Positions 46,105-56,439 are shown, counted from the stretch's first letter. The stretch: DNA of 64,000 nt from Candidatus Latescibacterota bacterium (GCA_965217585.1 OZ244561.1:1088001-1152000), one strand, 5' to 3'. Notes: generated by a model not told the origin, from the sequence alone. Made by a program: numbers and translations.

Positions 46105-48012
46105 ATGAGTGAGGAACAACAGCATCGCTTGGCGTTGCCCCAAGGGACGCGCATACGGGAATTTGAGTTTCGCCGCGTCCTCGGCCACGGCGGATTCGGT
46201 ATGACCTACCTCGGCTGGAACGTGGCGTTGGATATTCCGGTGGCGATCAAGGAGTATCTACCCTCGGACTTGGCTACCCGTGAACAGGACCTGTCCGTCG
46301 TGCCGCAGGCACCGCGTGCGGCGTCGGATTTCCAATGGGGCTTGGAACGCTTCTTGGATGAAGCCCGAATTCTGGCGCGCTTGCAGCACCCTAACATCGT
46401 CCGCGTCCACCACTTCTTTGAAGCTCATAGTACGGCCTATATCGCGATGGACTATGTGGAGGGAGAAGACCTGTCGGCGTATCTGACGCGCAAGGGAACG
46501 CTGAGCGAAGACGAGCTTAAAGGTATTCTGTATCCGTTGCTGAGTGCCTTAGAAGTGGTGCATGAAGCAGACTTTTTGCATCGGGATATTAAGCCAAGCA
46601 ATATTATCCTGCGCGCTGAGGATGGTTCGCCGGTGTTGTTGGACTTTGGCGCGGCGCGTCAGGCGATGGGGGCCAAAAGTCGTTCGGTTACGTCGATCGT
46701 AACACCGGGGTATGCGCCGATCGAGCAGTATTCGAGCCGGGGGCGTCAAGGAGCGTGGACCGACATTTATGCGTTGGGCGGGGTGTGCTATCGGGCGTTG
46801 ACCGAGCAGACACCCGACGATGCGACCGACCGGATGCGGGATGACCCGCTGATTCCGGTATCTCAGCGGTGTGCAGGTCGGGTAAGTGGTGCGTTTTTGT
46901 CGGCGATCGATGCGGCGTTGGCGGTGAATGAGGGGGATCGTCCGCAGAGTGTTGAGGCTTGGCAGGCTGCGATGGCGGCGGACGCCAAGGAAGGGCTAGG
47001 GCGGGAGACGAGAAATGCATCATCGAATAAAAAGGAAAAAGGAAAAGGCAAGCCTAAATCGAGATCAAAGCGGTTTGCTGTGATTTTGGGTGTAGTCGCT
47101 CTCCTGATTGTGGGCGGTATAGCAATTCAGGAACAAGCCGAGTTAGAAAAACAACGGCAGGAACAAGCCGAGTTAGAACAGCAGGCCGAGTTGGAAACGC
47201 AACAGCAGGAACAAGCCGAGTTAGAACAGCAGGCCGAGTTGGAAACGCAACAGCAGGAACAAGCCGAGTTGGAAAAGGAGCGTCGAGAGCAGGCCGCGTT
47301 GGAAAAACAACGGCAAGAGCAAGCCGAGTTAGAACAGCAGGCCGAGTTGGAAAAGGAGCGTCGAGAGCAGGCCGCGTTGGAAAAACAACGGCAAGAGCAA
47401 GCCGAGTTAGAACAGCAGGCCGAGTTGGAAAAGGAGCGTCGAGAGCAGGTCGCGTTGGAAAAACAACAGCAAGAACAAACATTTGTCGCAGAAGTGGGAC
47501 GTATGCCAAATCCAGAGGGGATGAACAAAGGTGAGACCGACCTGCACATTGTAGCGAGACTGAACCTGCCCGTGCTGACTATATCCCTGCTCAACCGAGG
47601 AGCCGACATCCACGCTAAAGACAAAGATGGCTGGACGCCGCTGCATTCGGCGGCAAAGGAGAATGCTTCTGCAACAGCCGAGGTCTTGCTCAACCAAGGA
47701 GCCGACATCCACGCCAAAGACAAATTTGGCTGGACGCCCCTGCACTTGGCGGCGGCAAAGGAGAATGCTTCTGCAACAGCCGAGGTCTTGCTTAAGCATG
47801 GAGCCGACATCCACGCCAAAGACAAATTTGGCTGGACGCCCTTGCACTCGGCGGCTTCTAACAATACTTATGAGACAGCCGAGATCTTGTTGAACAAGGG
47901 GGCTAATGTCAACGCGAAGGACAATCATGGCTGGACACCGCTTTACTGGGCGGCACGTAAAAATGCTTATGAGACAGCCGAGATCTTGCGCCGTTACGGT
48001 GGTCGAGAGTGA
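46105..48012 (+). CDS. Hanks-type Ser/Thr kinase + TM + coiled coil + 5 ankyrin repeats
   Basis: LGHGGFG, VAIKE, HRDIKPSN, DFG, GYAPIEQ; EQAELE repeats; GWTPLH..A repeats. Confidence 0.93.
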   Translation: MSEEQQHRLALPQGTRIREFEFRRVLGHGGFGMTYLGWNVALDIPVAIKEYLPSDLATREQDLSVVPQAPRAASDFQWGLERFLDEARILARLQHPNIVRVHHFFEAHSTAYIAMDYVEGEDLSAYLTRKGTLSEDELKGILYPLLSALEVVHEADFLHRDIKPSNIILRAEDGSPVLLDFGAARQAMGAKSRSVTSIVTPGYAPIEQYSSRGRQGAWTDIYALGGVCYRALTEQTPDDATDRMRDDPLIPVSQRCAGRVSGAFLSAIDAALAVNEGDRPQSVEAWQAAMAADAKEGLGRETRNASSNKKEKGKGKPKSRSKRFAVILGVVALLIVGGIAIQEQAELEKQRQEQAELEQQAELETQQQEQAELEQQAELETQQQEQAELEKERREQAALEKQRQEQAELEQQAELEKERREQAALEKQRQEQAELEQQAELEKERREQVALEKQQQEQTFVAEVGRMPNPEGMNKGETDLHIVARLNLPVLTISLLNRGADIHAKDKDGWTPLHSAAKENASATAEVLLNQGADIHAKDKFGWTPLHLAAAKENASATAEVLLKHGADIHAKDKFGWTPLHSAASNNTYETAEILLNKGANVNAKDNHGWTPLYWAARKNAYETAEILRRYGGRE

Positions 48013-48071
48013 AATAAGCTGATGCGAGCTCAGAAGATGGCTCGTCCCATCCGACCAACAGGAGGACACGC

Positions 48072-48815
48072 ATGACAGGCTCAGCGCGGGGCGACAGCGT
48101 CGTCATTCTGTTCCGGGGTGGACGCTTGCCTGGGTGGCATCAGCTCGACGAGGCGCAGCGGCGCGACTACGAGCGCCAACACGTGGACCTGATGCTGTCC
48201 GTCTCCGAACGCCACGGCCTGATCGGCATACACGGGTACCGCCTGCTGGCACCCCGCAATAGTTGGGAGCGGTTCTGGACCATCGAATTCCCGGACCTAG
48301 CCGGTGCCGAGGCTTGGATGTCGGCTGAGACGGAGCCTCCATACGGAAGCTACGGCTTCTACGACTACTCCCTCGCCCGCCGCTGGCAACCAGAAAGCCT
48401 AACCTGGCTACCCCGCAAACCCGAACCCCACGTAGCCTCCGACGCCGATCCGCACGTAATCCCACCCCTGACCGTCGATCCCTCCTCGATCGTCGTGCTC
48501 GCCTTCGGCGGCTGGCGTCGCGGCTTCGACCAAGTTGATCCCCGGACGCGCGGCGACGAGGAACGCCAGCAGCGACTGCGGGAGGTGGCCCGAGAACACG
48601 ACCTCATCCACGGAGAGGTCTTCCGACTACTCGGGACCAACACCGAAGGCGAGTTCCTCTGGATCCTAGAATTCCCCCAGCTAGCCGGTGCCGAAGCCTG
48701 GATCGAAGCCGAAAAGGCACCGCCCGCCGGGTCCTATCAGAAACGCAACTACCACCTCGCCAGATGCTGGGCACCCGAGTACTTCGCCACTTGGCCGCCG
48801 AGGACGGGCGACTGA
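48072..48815 (+). CDS. Hypothetical protein with two homologous halves (dimeric alpha/beta barrel-like)
   Basis: Internal repeat W.IEFPDLAGAEAW..AE..P..SY...Y.LAR.W occurs twice; AGGAGG RBS. Confidence 0.6.
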   Translation: MTGSARGDSVVILFRGGRLPGWHQLDEAQRRDYERQHVDLMLSVSERHGLIGIHGYRLLAPRNSWERFWTIEFPDLAGAEAWMSAETEPPYGSYGFYDYSLARRWQPESLTWLPRKPEPHVASDADPHVIPPLTVDPSSIVVLAFGGWRRGFDQVDPRTRGDEERQQRLREVAREHDLIHGEVFRLLGTNTEGEFLWILEFPQLAGAEAWIEAEKAPPAGSYQKRNYHLARCWAPEYFATWPPRTGD

Positions 48816-48823
48816 GGAGAGTG

Positions 48824-49711
48824 ATGATGCGACTCCAACTCCTCTGCACCGGCACGCCCGCCCCGCTAGCCCACCGCGGCGGCTCCAGCTATCTCGTCCA
48901 GACGGGGGACGAGACCCTAATCTTCGACTGCGGCCCGGGATCGGTGCGACGCATGCTCGAAGCCGGCCTCGCCTTGCCCTCGATTGACCACCTGTTCCTG
49001 ACCCACCTGCACTACGACCACTGCGTTGACTTCGCCTACTTGGTGCTGACGCGTTGGGACCAAGGCGTCGGCCAGATCCCGGAACTGCGGGTGTACGGCC
49101 CGGCACCGACGGCGCACATGTCGCACCAGTTGTTCTCCGCCGATGGCGTCTTCGGCCCGGACCTAGCGGCCCGTACCGAGCACCCGGGCAGCCACTTCGT
49201 GTACGAGGCGCGCGGCGGCGTGATGCCACGGGAGAGACCCAACCCCCAAGTGCGCGAGGTCGGGCACGGAGACCGAATCGAGACCCGCGGCTGGCAGGTC
49301 GATGTGGCCGAGGTGGTGCATGTGCAGCCGCAGCTCACCTGCCTGGCCTACCGCCTGACCACACCCGGCGGCACCATCGCGTTCGGCGGCGACACGGCAC
49401 CAGTGGATCGTCTCACCGAACTGGCGAGAGGCGCGGACGTGCTGCTGCACATGTGCCACTTCATCAACGGCGTAGTCACCGACGAACGCCTGACCAATTG
49501 CTGCTCCGGCCACCTCGATGCAGCGGCCACGGCGCGGGACGCCGGCGTGAAGACGTTGGTCCTCGTTCATCTGACCGAGCAGCTGGAGACGCCCGGCGTG
49601 CGGGAGCGCGTGCTGCACGAGGTGGGAGAGGTATTCGACGGGCAGGTGATCCTCGGGCAGGACCTGCTCGAGGTGCCCCTCGGGACCATCGACACGGAGC
49701 CGGTGCGATGA
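48824..49711 (+). CDS. MBL-fold hydrolase (RNase Z/AtsA-like)
   Basis: TGTPAP, FDCGPG, THLHYDH, GDT, LVH. Confidence 0.88.
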   Translation: MMRLQLLCTGTPAPLAHRGGSSYLVQTGDETLIFDCGPGSVRRMLEAGLALPSIDHLFLTHLHYDHCVDFAYLVLTRWDQGVGQIPELRVYGPAPTAHMSHQLFSADGVFGPDLAARTEHPGSHFVYEARGGVMPRERPNPQVREVGHGDRIETRGWQVDVAEVVHVQPQLTCLAYRLTTPGGTIAFGGDTAPVDRLTELARGADVLLHMCHFINGVVTDERLTNCCSGHLDAAATARDAGVKTLVLVHLTEQLETPGVRERVLHEVGEVFDGQVILGQDLLEVPLGTIDTEPVR

Positions 49712-51363
49712 GCACCGAGAGGGCGGGTCGCTATACACCCCGAGCGGCTGAGAGCCTGCGCCCGCCAGCGCCCGACTACGGGATCATCCTGAACAACGAC
49801 GGCGGCTACCTGAAACACGCCGAGTTCCCGATGTCCGTCGAGGATCTGCTGGAGCGGATCTACGGGCCCCTAACAGGGACCCAGGTCGGCGCCCTGTCGT
49901 GGTGTGTGGGGGTCGAGGAGGCACACTGGCCCTCGGACCGGCTGCCGATGATCGGCGAGGCGGAGGGCCGCCGGTACCTCTCCGTCCGCGACATGCGCCG
50001 GGCGGAGAGCCTGCGGGCGATGTTCGATGGCCGCGTCGACCTGTACGGCCAGCTCGTACGCCGCGGCCACCAGATGGGGCTCGGCGTGTACGCCTCGGTG
50101 CGCATGAACGACAACCACTTCTGGTCCGATGCCGAGCGCCGGGCCAAGCCGCTGCGGCCGGAGGAGATGGCAGCGACGGAGCGACCCCATCTCACGGCGT
50201 TCCGCAAGAGCCACCCGGAGTGGGTGCTCGGCGCAGCCAAGGCACCGGCTTGGGCGGCCACGTCGTGGAACATGGCGGTGCCGGAGATCCGCGAGTACAC
50301 CCTGCAACGCATCGCCGAGGCCTGCGAGCTGGCGGACTGGGACGGCGTCGAGCTCGACTGGCAGCGCCATGCCTTCCACCTGCCCGAAGAGGACGCCTAC
50401 CGTCTGCGCTACACCCTCACCGATCTGCAGCGCGCCGTGCGCCGCCTCACCGACGCGATTGCCCAGCGGCGCGGACGGCCCTTCCACGTGATCGTGCGCG
50501 TCGGCGCCTCCCGGGAGACGAACCGGCGCGTCGGCTACGACCTAAAGGCCTGGATCGAGGAGGGCCTGTGCGACATCGTCGTCACGGGGGCGAACTCGGG
50601 GACCGATCCGGACGTGGAGGTGGAGGCCTACGTGGAGATGATGCGAGGCAGCGAGGTGCGGCTGTATCCCGGGTTCGACAGCCACGGCGAGTGGGGGCGC
50701 GGACACCTGCTGCCCGCCGAGCAGTGGCGAGAGGCCTGGTTCCGCGGCCTAGCCACCGGCTTCTACGAGCGCGGTGCCACGGGCGTGCATCTATTCAACT
50801 GGCACAACCACGTGCACGCGGCCCGGCCGCTGCTGCAGAGCCTCGGCGCACCCGACAGCCTGCGGCGCACGGCCAAGGTGTACACCGCGGTCAAGCGCCA
50901 CATCCGCGACCGGAGCGAGCTGCGCTACGGCGCCGAGCGGGACGATCGGCTGCACGGCGAGGTGCCCGTCGATCTGCTGCGCACCCTAATGGGGGGCGGT
51001 CCGCGGTTCCACATCGGCGTGTACGAAGAGGTGTCGGAGGACGCGGCGCTGGAGCTGCAGGTCGATCTCGACCACCTGTCGCCCCGGGACCGGGTCGCCG
51101 TGGAGCTCGACGGGCAGCGGCTGGGGGACCCGGTGCGTCGCAGCCCGGCGGCCGAGGAGGCGGCGAATCCGGCGGACGTGTCCGAGAACACGTGGTTTGT
51201 CTGGCCGCTGGTGCCGGCACAGGTCGGCAAGGGCGTCCACGTCGTCGGCATCGACCTGCGCGAACGCGACCCGCGTCTGCGACCGCCGGTCGTGGTGCGG
51301 AACGTGGAGCTCCACGTCAGCTACCGCCGCGGCGGGAACACGAGCGCCGAAGGGATTGACTGA
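49708..51363 (+). CDS. Glycoside hydrolase-like TIM barrel (GHL10/DUF187-like)
   Basis: NNDGG, SVRMNDNH, WNMAVPEIRE, DGVELDW, GVHLFN; ATG overlaps the MBL stop. Confidence 0.62.
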   Translation: MSTERAGRYTPRAAESLRPPAPDYGIILNNDGGYLKHAEFPMSVEDLLERIYGPLTGTQVGALSWCVGVEEAHWPSDRLPMIGEAEGRRYLSVRDMRRAESLRAMFDGRVDLYGQLVRRGHQMGLGVYASVRMNDNHFWSDAERRAKPLRPEEMAATERPHLTAFRKSHPEWVLGAAKAPAWAATSWNMAVPEIREYTLQRIAEACELADWDGVELDWQRHAFHLPEEDAYRLRYTLTDLQRAVRRLTDAIAQRRGRPFHVIVRVGASRETNRRVGYDLKAWIEEGLCDIVVTGANSGTDPDVEVEAYVEMMRGSEVRLYPGFDSHGEWGRGHLLPAEQWREAWFRGLATGFYERGATGVHLFNWHNHVHAARPLLQSLGAPDSLRRTAKVYTAVKRHIRDRSELRYGAERDDRLHGEVPVDLLRTLMGGGPRFHIGVYEEVSEDAALELQVDLDHLSPRDRVAVELDGQRLGDPVRRSPAAEEAANPADVSENTWFVWPLVPAQVGKGVHVVGIDLRERDPRLRPPVVVRNVELHVSYRRGGNTSAEGID

Positions 51364-51482
51364 GGAACTGGCGGGCGAGCTACTGCACGCAACTCGGCAC
51401 CTCCGGCTACAGCCGAGTTCCCCTCGTCGCGGTAGTGATTGATTTCGGGTGCCTCGCCCATGCTGTGCCAAGCATCGCAGAG

Positions 51483-52355
51483 TTACCGGACGGGCTCCCT
51501 AGCCCCACTTTGGACAATGGCGTTCCTCACGATCCTGAATCCCTGGAGGATGTTGTATCTCATACTCGGTACAGAGGCCGACCTCGCTGCGGAACGGGCG
51601 AACAGAGATGAGCTGTTCCTGCTGCCTCCCCGGACGGCTCGGAATTCACCCCGCCAAGGCCGGGCAGGACCGACGAAACCGTTGTGCACATATTCGCTTG
51701 GTCTGTTCGAGCACCACTCGCGGGCGTTCCCATACATGTCGAACAACCCCCAAGGGTTCGGTCTTTTCTGGCCGACCGGATGTGGGGCAGCGGCCGAATT
51801 CGCGAAAACCCAGGCGTGCTCTCCAAGCTCGTCGTCCGAGTCCCCGAAGTACCAGATCGTATCCGTACCTGCGCGGCAGGCATACTCCCACTCCTCCTCT
51901 GTGGGGAGCCGGTACAGATCGGCACCGAGGGCCCGATTCAGTGCCGCGACAAACCCGACCGCTCGGTCCCAAGAGATGCACACCGCCGGCGCATCTGGAT
52001 CGTACGGGAGGTAGTGGCCCCAAGGTGCGGTGCCCATCACCGAGACCCACTGTTTCTGGGTTATCTCGTACTGGCCCATATAGAAGCCTCTCGTCTGGAA
52101 GAGATGCGCGGGTTGCTCTCCTTCGACCTCTGTTTTGTGGGCACCAAGGACGAGCAGCCGCTTCGCCCTCTCCGGCGTCGTGCCGATCGCGTCACTGCCA
52201 GATGGAATCCAGCGAAGGGTCATGAGCTCGCCGCCCGGGAGATAGGCAACCTCCTCCTCGCCGGGCGACGGCTGGGCGACGGTTTGCGCCTGCACCGGCA
52301 GGATCGCGGAGATTGCGGCGATCAGCGTTGACCGGGGATATGCCAATACTCGCAT
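51483..52355 (-). CDS. Formylglycine-generating enzyme (FGE-sulfatase/SUMF1) domain protein
   Basis: YEITQKQW, RLPTEEEWEYACRAG, PNPWGLFDMYGNAREWC, RGGS, GFRIV. Confidence 0.9.
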   Translation of the reverse strand: MRVLAYPRSTLIAAISAILPVQAQTVAQPSPGEEEVAYLPGGELMTLRWIPSGSDAIGTTPERAKRLLVLGAHKTEVEGEQPAHLFQTRGFYMGQYEITQKQWVSVMGTAPWGHYLPYDPDAPAVCISWDRAVGFVAALNRALGADLYRLPTEEEWEYACRAGTDTIWYFGDSDDELGEHAWVFANSAAAPHPVGQKRPNPWGLFDMYGNAREWCSNRPSEYVHNGFVGPARPWRGEFRAVRGGSRNSSSLFARSAARSASVPSMRYNILQGFRIVRNAIVQSGAREPVR

Positions 52356-52361
52356 AGGGCT

Positions 52362-54776
52362 TCATCGCGTCGTAATGACGAAATAGGGCGTCTGGGTGCG
52401 CCAGTCCGGCCAGCGGGTGGCCCGGCCATCGTCGAAGAGAAACTCGAAGAACACCATCAGATCCCAAGCGGGATCAATGGAATCGCCGGGGATCACCGCT
52501 CGATACCCATCGCCCTCGGAGCGCATATCGACGCGGTCGAAGTCAAGAGCCTGATGGGCGATTCGGTGATAGCAGCGGACGGTGGACGGGGTGGGAGATT
52601 CGCACCGGATGCAAATCACTAAGTCGCGTCCCGCCGTAACGCAAGTCGGAGGAACGAAGGTCACCTCCGGCGGATCGAGATGGACGTCGCCGCCGGGAAA
52701 CGGTCCGAAGTCGGCAGACGGAATCTCCGGCTGTTCCACAATGAGTGCATCGATGGCAACCAAGTCGCGCTCGATCACAACCAAGTCGTCCTTCCAGTGG
52801 CCCGCGTGGCCTTTCTCGCGGAACCCGAAGACCAAATCGTCGCAATAGGAACCCTCAGCCGCCGAAGACAGCGCCGACCAGTGGTCCCGTGCCTGGAGCA
52901 GGTGTTGTCGAACGGCGGACAGGCGACGGACCTCGCCAGCCTTGCGATGAAAGGCGAGATGGACGGCTGCCAGTTGGCGGCAGGCATGATACTCGGCCAG
53001 ATGGGCGAGCAAGGTGAAGTCGAGGAGAGTATGGCGCAACTCCGGCTCCGTCGAATCTCCACCGAGGCCGGTTAGAATGCCGCGCACCTGAGCGGCTAGC
53101 TGGCGCAGGTGATGAGCCACTTGGGGCGGCGTCCATTTGCCGCAGAGTCGATTGCCCAAGGCGTCTTCCACGTACTCGTCGATGCCATAAAACCGAGTTG
53201 GATCGCTGGGCTCGACCTGCGTGTCCTCCGCCAAACTGCGGCCGGCGAAGCGCTCGGGCCAAAAGGTCCAGAGGCTGGCTGAATGCTGCAACACCACGGT
53301 GAGCAGAGGCAGGATCTGACCGCCGATGCGGTAGAGTTCTTCCACTGAGGCCGCGACGGCACCAAAGCGATGACGCAACTCCCGCTGCCAGACTTCGGAG
53401 GAAGCGTCCGGGTCATAGCCCAAGCGGCCAAATAGCATATAGAACAACCAGTGACGCCGATGCTCCTCAGCGTGACACCGAAATGCAGGATCGGTGCTAG
53501 CTGACCACGGCTGCTGCTCGTCGCGGACGCCTTTGTTCGTCAGCGGTGCCATCACCTCAAAGCCATCGCCGCCAAAGGTGCAGGAGCCAGCGAAGCGCCG
53601 CACCCATTCGGGATCGGCCCAGAGCAGCACGCGCTGGCTCCCCGCGCTCCACAGGCGGTGAATCAGCGCAAAGGAGCGAGGCTTGCGCAGCAAATCCCAG
53701 GTACCGTAGCGGCGGTAATTTTTCTGGTCGAACTGCTGAATGGCCGGCATAGGATAGGGCATGCCTAAATGCTCGCACCAGTGCTTGGTGGAGATCACCG
53801 TGTCGGGGACGAGCTCTTGGGCGAGTTCGATAGTGTCGTCGGTAAGCCCCTTGGCGCGCAGGTCCAGGCGGATGGGGCGACCGCACTCGGCAATGGCGCG
53901 AAACTGCGGCGCGTAGTACTCGGCCTGGCGATCCTCGGCAACGCCGGATTCGTAGTTCATGCGGAACTGAACCCCATCGATCCCTAGGCAAACGGCCAGC
54001 AGGCGCGCAAGCCCAGCGGCATTGTATTGTGCCAGCATCTCAGATGTAAGACCCTCCACCATAGAGTCCCCGTAGTCCTGGGCGTGCTGAGACCAGACGC
54101 CGAAAGTGAAGTGCAGGCCGCGCTGACGAGTCCACTCAGCAATGCGAATCAGCATTTCCAGATGCCGCGCACACTGCTCTGCGGTAAAACCGATGGGACG
54201 GACCTGGGGGAATTCGGGGACTTCCAACAGAAAGGGATAGGGTGGCGACAGGTAGGCAATCTGGTGGCCGAAGGTGAGACTCAGATTGTTGTAGCGGCAG
54301 CGCGCCAGCCGCTCCAAGTACTCGTCCCAGAACTTCTCGTCGTAGAACCAAGCCTCTTCGAGCCGACGGTTGCAGAGGAACAGTTGCATACTGCGCCAAG
54401 CCAAGTGCGGCGATTGGATCGCGGGAGCGATTGCCGCGAAAACGTCAACGTCCGGCGCGGCTAGCTCGACAACGCGTGCCGCTTCAAGCAAAGCGTACAT
54501 CAGGCCGCGCTCGTCCCTACCGCAGATGAGGAATCCGCCAGCAGAAAGAGGATGGAGGACCAGAGATTCGGGTGCGTCGGGACAGTGCACGCCAGCGCGA
54601 GTAAGGGCCTCCTCCACGGCCGGCGATTGGCCGGCTAGGCCAATGATGAGACCGGGATCTGGCCTGGGCGCGGCAACGATCTCGACGGATTCTCCGCGCA
54701 TGCCGAGGGCGTGTATTAACTCGTCTAATGCCCAGCGAGCGGCGCGGGATAGCTCTGTATCGACAACGATATTCAT
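52362..54776 (-). CDS. Hypothetical glycoside hydrolase-like protein (GH67/GH115-type N-terminal domain + TIM barrel)
   Basis: ICGRDERGLMYALLE, WDEYLERLARCRYN; long GC-biased ORF. Confidence 0.55.
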   Translation of the reverse strand: MNIVVDTELSRAARWALDELIHALGMRGESVEIVAAPRPDPGLIIGLAGQSPAVEEALTRAGVHCPDAPESLVLHPLSAGGFLICGRDERGLMYALLEAARVVELAAPDVDVFAAIAPAIQSPHLAWRSMQLFLCNRRLEEAWFYDEKFWDEYLERLARCRYNNLSLTFGHQIAYLSPPYPFLLEVPEFPQVRPIGFTAEQCARHLEMLIRIAEWTRQRGLHFTFGVWSQHAQDYGDSMVEGLTSEMLAQYNAAGLARLLAVCLGIDGVQFRMNYESGVAEDRQAEYYAPQFRAIAECGRPIRLDLRAKGLTDDTIELAQELVPDTVISTKHWCEHLGMPYPMPAIQQFDQKNYRRYGTWDLLRKPRSFALIHRLWSAGSQRVLLWADPEWVRRFAGSCTFGGDGFEVMAPLTNKGVRDEQQPWSASTDPAFRCHAEEHRRHWLFYMLFGRLGYDPDASSEVWQRELRHRFGAVAASVEELYRIGGQILPLLTVVLQHSASLWTFWPERFAGRSLAEDTQVEPSDPTRFYGIDEYVEDALGNRLCGKWTPPQVAHHLRQLAAQVRGILTGLGGDSTEPELRHTLLDFTLLAHLAEYHACRQLAAVHLAFHRKAGEVRRLSAVRQHLLQARDHWSALSSAAEGSYCDDLVFGFREKGHAGHWKDDLVVIERDLVAIDALIVEQPEIPSADFGPFPGGDVHLDPPEVTFVPPTCVTAGRDLVICIRCESPTPSTVRCYHRIAHQALDFDRVDMRSEGDGYRAVIPGDSIDPAWDLMVFFEFLFDDGRATRWPDWRTQTPYFVITTR

Positions 54777-54858
54777 ACGGCGATCATTTCCCTTTGTGTG
54801 TCTATATTAAAAAAAGATACTTTACCCTTTTAAATTATCGAATATTAGATTGCTCGTC

Positions 54859-56439
54859 ATGGCGGACTCCACGTACGACGGCATCATCCTTGGAACCGGC
54901 CACAACAGCCTGATCCTGCAGGCCTACCTCTGCCGGGCCGGTCTACACGTCGTGAGCCTAGAGCGAAACATCGTAGTCGGCGGCGGACTGCGCACCGAAG
55001 AGTGGCCGGTCGGCTCCGGATTCCTGCACAACACCCACTCGTTCTACCACCGAGGTGTAACCCGGATGCCGTGGTACGCCGAACTCGAACTCGAGCGGCA
55101 CGGTGCCCACTACCTCGAGCCCGAGTTGAACGTGGCCATGCTGCTCCCAGACGGGCGCTCCCTAACTTGGTGGACGGGTTTCGAGCGCACCGCCGACTCC
55201 TTTGCTCAATTCAGCCGCCGAGACGCCGCTAGCCTGCGCCGCTGGCGCGAGGCATTCCTGCCGATCGTGACGCAAATTCTGGAGCCCGAAGCGCAGACAC
55301 CCCCGCTGTCGCCCCCAGAGCGCCAGCGCCGCTTGGAAGCCACGGCCGAAGGCCGCCTGCTCCTAAAAACGAGCGCCTACTCGCCACGCGAATTCGTGCT
55401 GCGCGAGTTCGAGAGCCCAGCAGTGCAGGCCGGCCTCCTGTTCTTCAACGGCCTGCGCGAAGTCGACCCGCGCGCGCCCGGCTTCGGCCACCACATCCCG
55501 GCTCTGTTGGCCGCCCGCGGTAAGGCGCAAATGTGCGTCGGCGGCTCGGCCCGGCTGGCCGAAGCCCTCGTCGCCGCCGTCGCCGAGGCCGGGGGCGAAG
55601 TGCGCACCAACGTTGAGCTGACGCAGATCGCGGTGCAGCCTGTCGCCGGCGAGCCGGGACGAGCCGCCGGGGTCGTCACAGCCGGGGGAGAGCGGATTGA
55701 CGCCCGCCACTTTATCGCCTCGGGCCTCAACCCTCAGCAGACCTTCCTCGACCTAATCGACCCCGCGCACTTGCCAGCTTCCTGGCGCGACCAAGCCGCT
55801 GCATTCCGCTACAACCTGCTGGCACCCCTGTTCGGCCTCTACCTCAACCTCGACGAGGCCCCAGCCTACTCGGCGGCCGAGGTCAGCCCCGAGCTGGACG
55901 ACGCTTTCATGGTCCTCCTCGGCCTGCAGTCGGTGACCGACTTCGACGACATGGTACGGGCTCACGAGCAGGGCCAATTGCCGCCGACGGTGATGTGGGG
56001 ATCCTGTCCCAGCCGCTTCGACGCCACTCAGGCACCCAGCAATGCACACACCGCCTTCATGTGGGAGAAGGTCCCCTTCCGTCTGCGTGGTCACGCCGAC
56101 AACTGGGACGCAGAGGCCACAGCCCACGGCCATCGCATGTTCGACGCCTGGGCCGATTATGCACCGAACCTACGGGATGTCGTGCGCCAGTACCTGATCC
56201 GCCCGGTCCACCACATCCCCAAGCTGCTGCCGAACATGCGCGACGGCGACCTGCTGGTGGGCTCCCTCGGCCACGGTCAGGTCGGCTACAACCGGCCCTT
56301 TTCGGGCGCTGGTCACTACCGGGGCTATCTGGCAGGTTTATACCTGTGCGGTTCGTGCTGCCATCCGTCGGGGAACATCACCGGGCTGCCAGGCTACAAC
56401 GCGTGGCAGGTGATCGCCGCGGACCTGGGGTTGGATTGA
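54859..56439 (+). CDS. Phytoene dehydrogenase-like FAD-dependent oxidoreductase
   Basis: GIILGTGHNSL, LERN.VVGGG, GLYLCGSCCHPSGNITGLPGYNA. Confidence 0.88.
   Translation: MADSTYDGIILGTGHNSLILQAYLCRAGLHVVSLERNIVVGGGLRTEEWPVGSGFLHNTHSFYHRGVTRMPWYAELELERHGAHYLEPELNVAMLLPDGRSLTWWTGFERTADSFAQFSRRDAASLRRWREAFLPIVTQILEPEAQTPPLSPPERQRRLEATAEGRLLLKTSAYSPREFVLREFESPAVQAGLLFFNGLREVDPRAPGFGHHIPALLAARGKAQMCVGGSARLAEALVAAVAEAGGEVRTNVELTQIAVQPVAGEPGRAAGVVTAGGERIDARHFIASGLNPQQTFLDLIDPAHLPASWRDQAAAFRYNLLAPLFGLYLNLDEAPAYSAAEVSPELDDAFMVLLGLQSVTDFDDMVRAHEQGQLPPTVMWGSCPSRFDATQAPSNAHTAFMWEKVPFRLRGHADNWDAEATAHGHRMFDAWADYAPNLRDVVRQYLIRPVHHIPKLLPNMRDGDLLVGSLGHGQVGYNRPFSGAGHYRGYLAGLYLCGSCCHPSGNITGLPGYNAWQVIAADLGLD

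Noticed and set aside
49054-49707. 769-aa ORF starting at 49054
   Set aside because: The N-terminal 218 aa overlap the MBL gene in another frame; the real start is ATG 49708.
51483-52355. FGE-sulfatase domain as a diversity-generating retroelement target
   Set aside because: No reverse transcriptase and no adenine-variant template repeat seen in the window.
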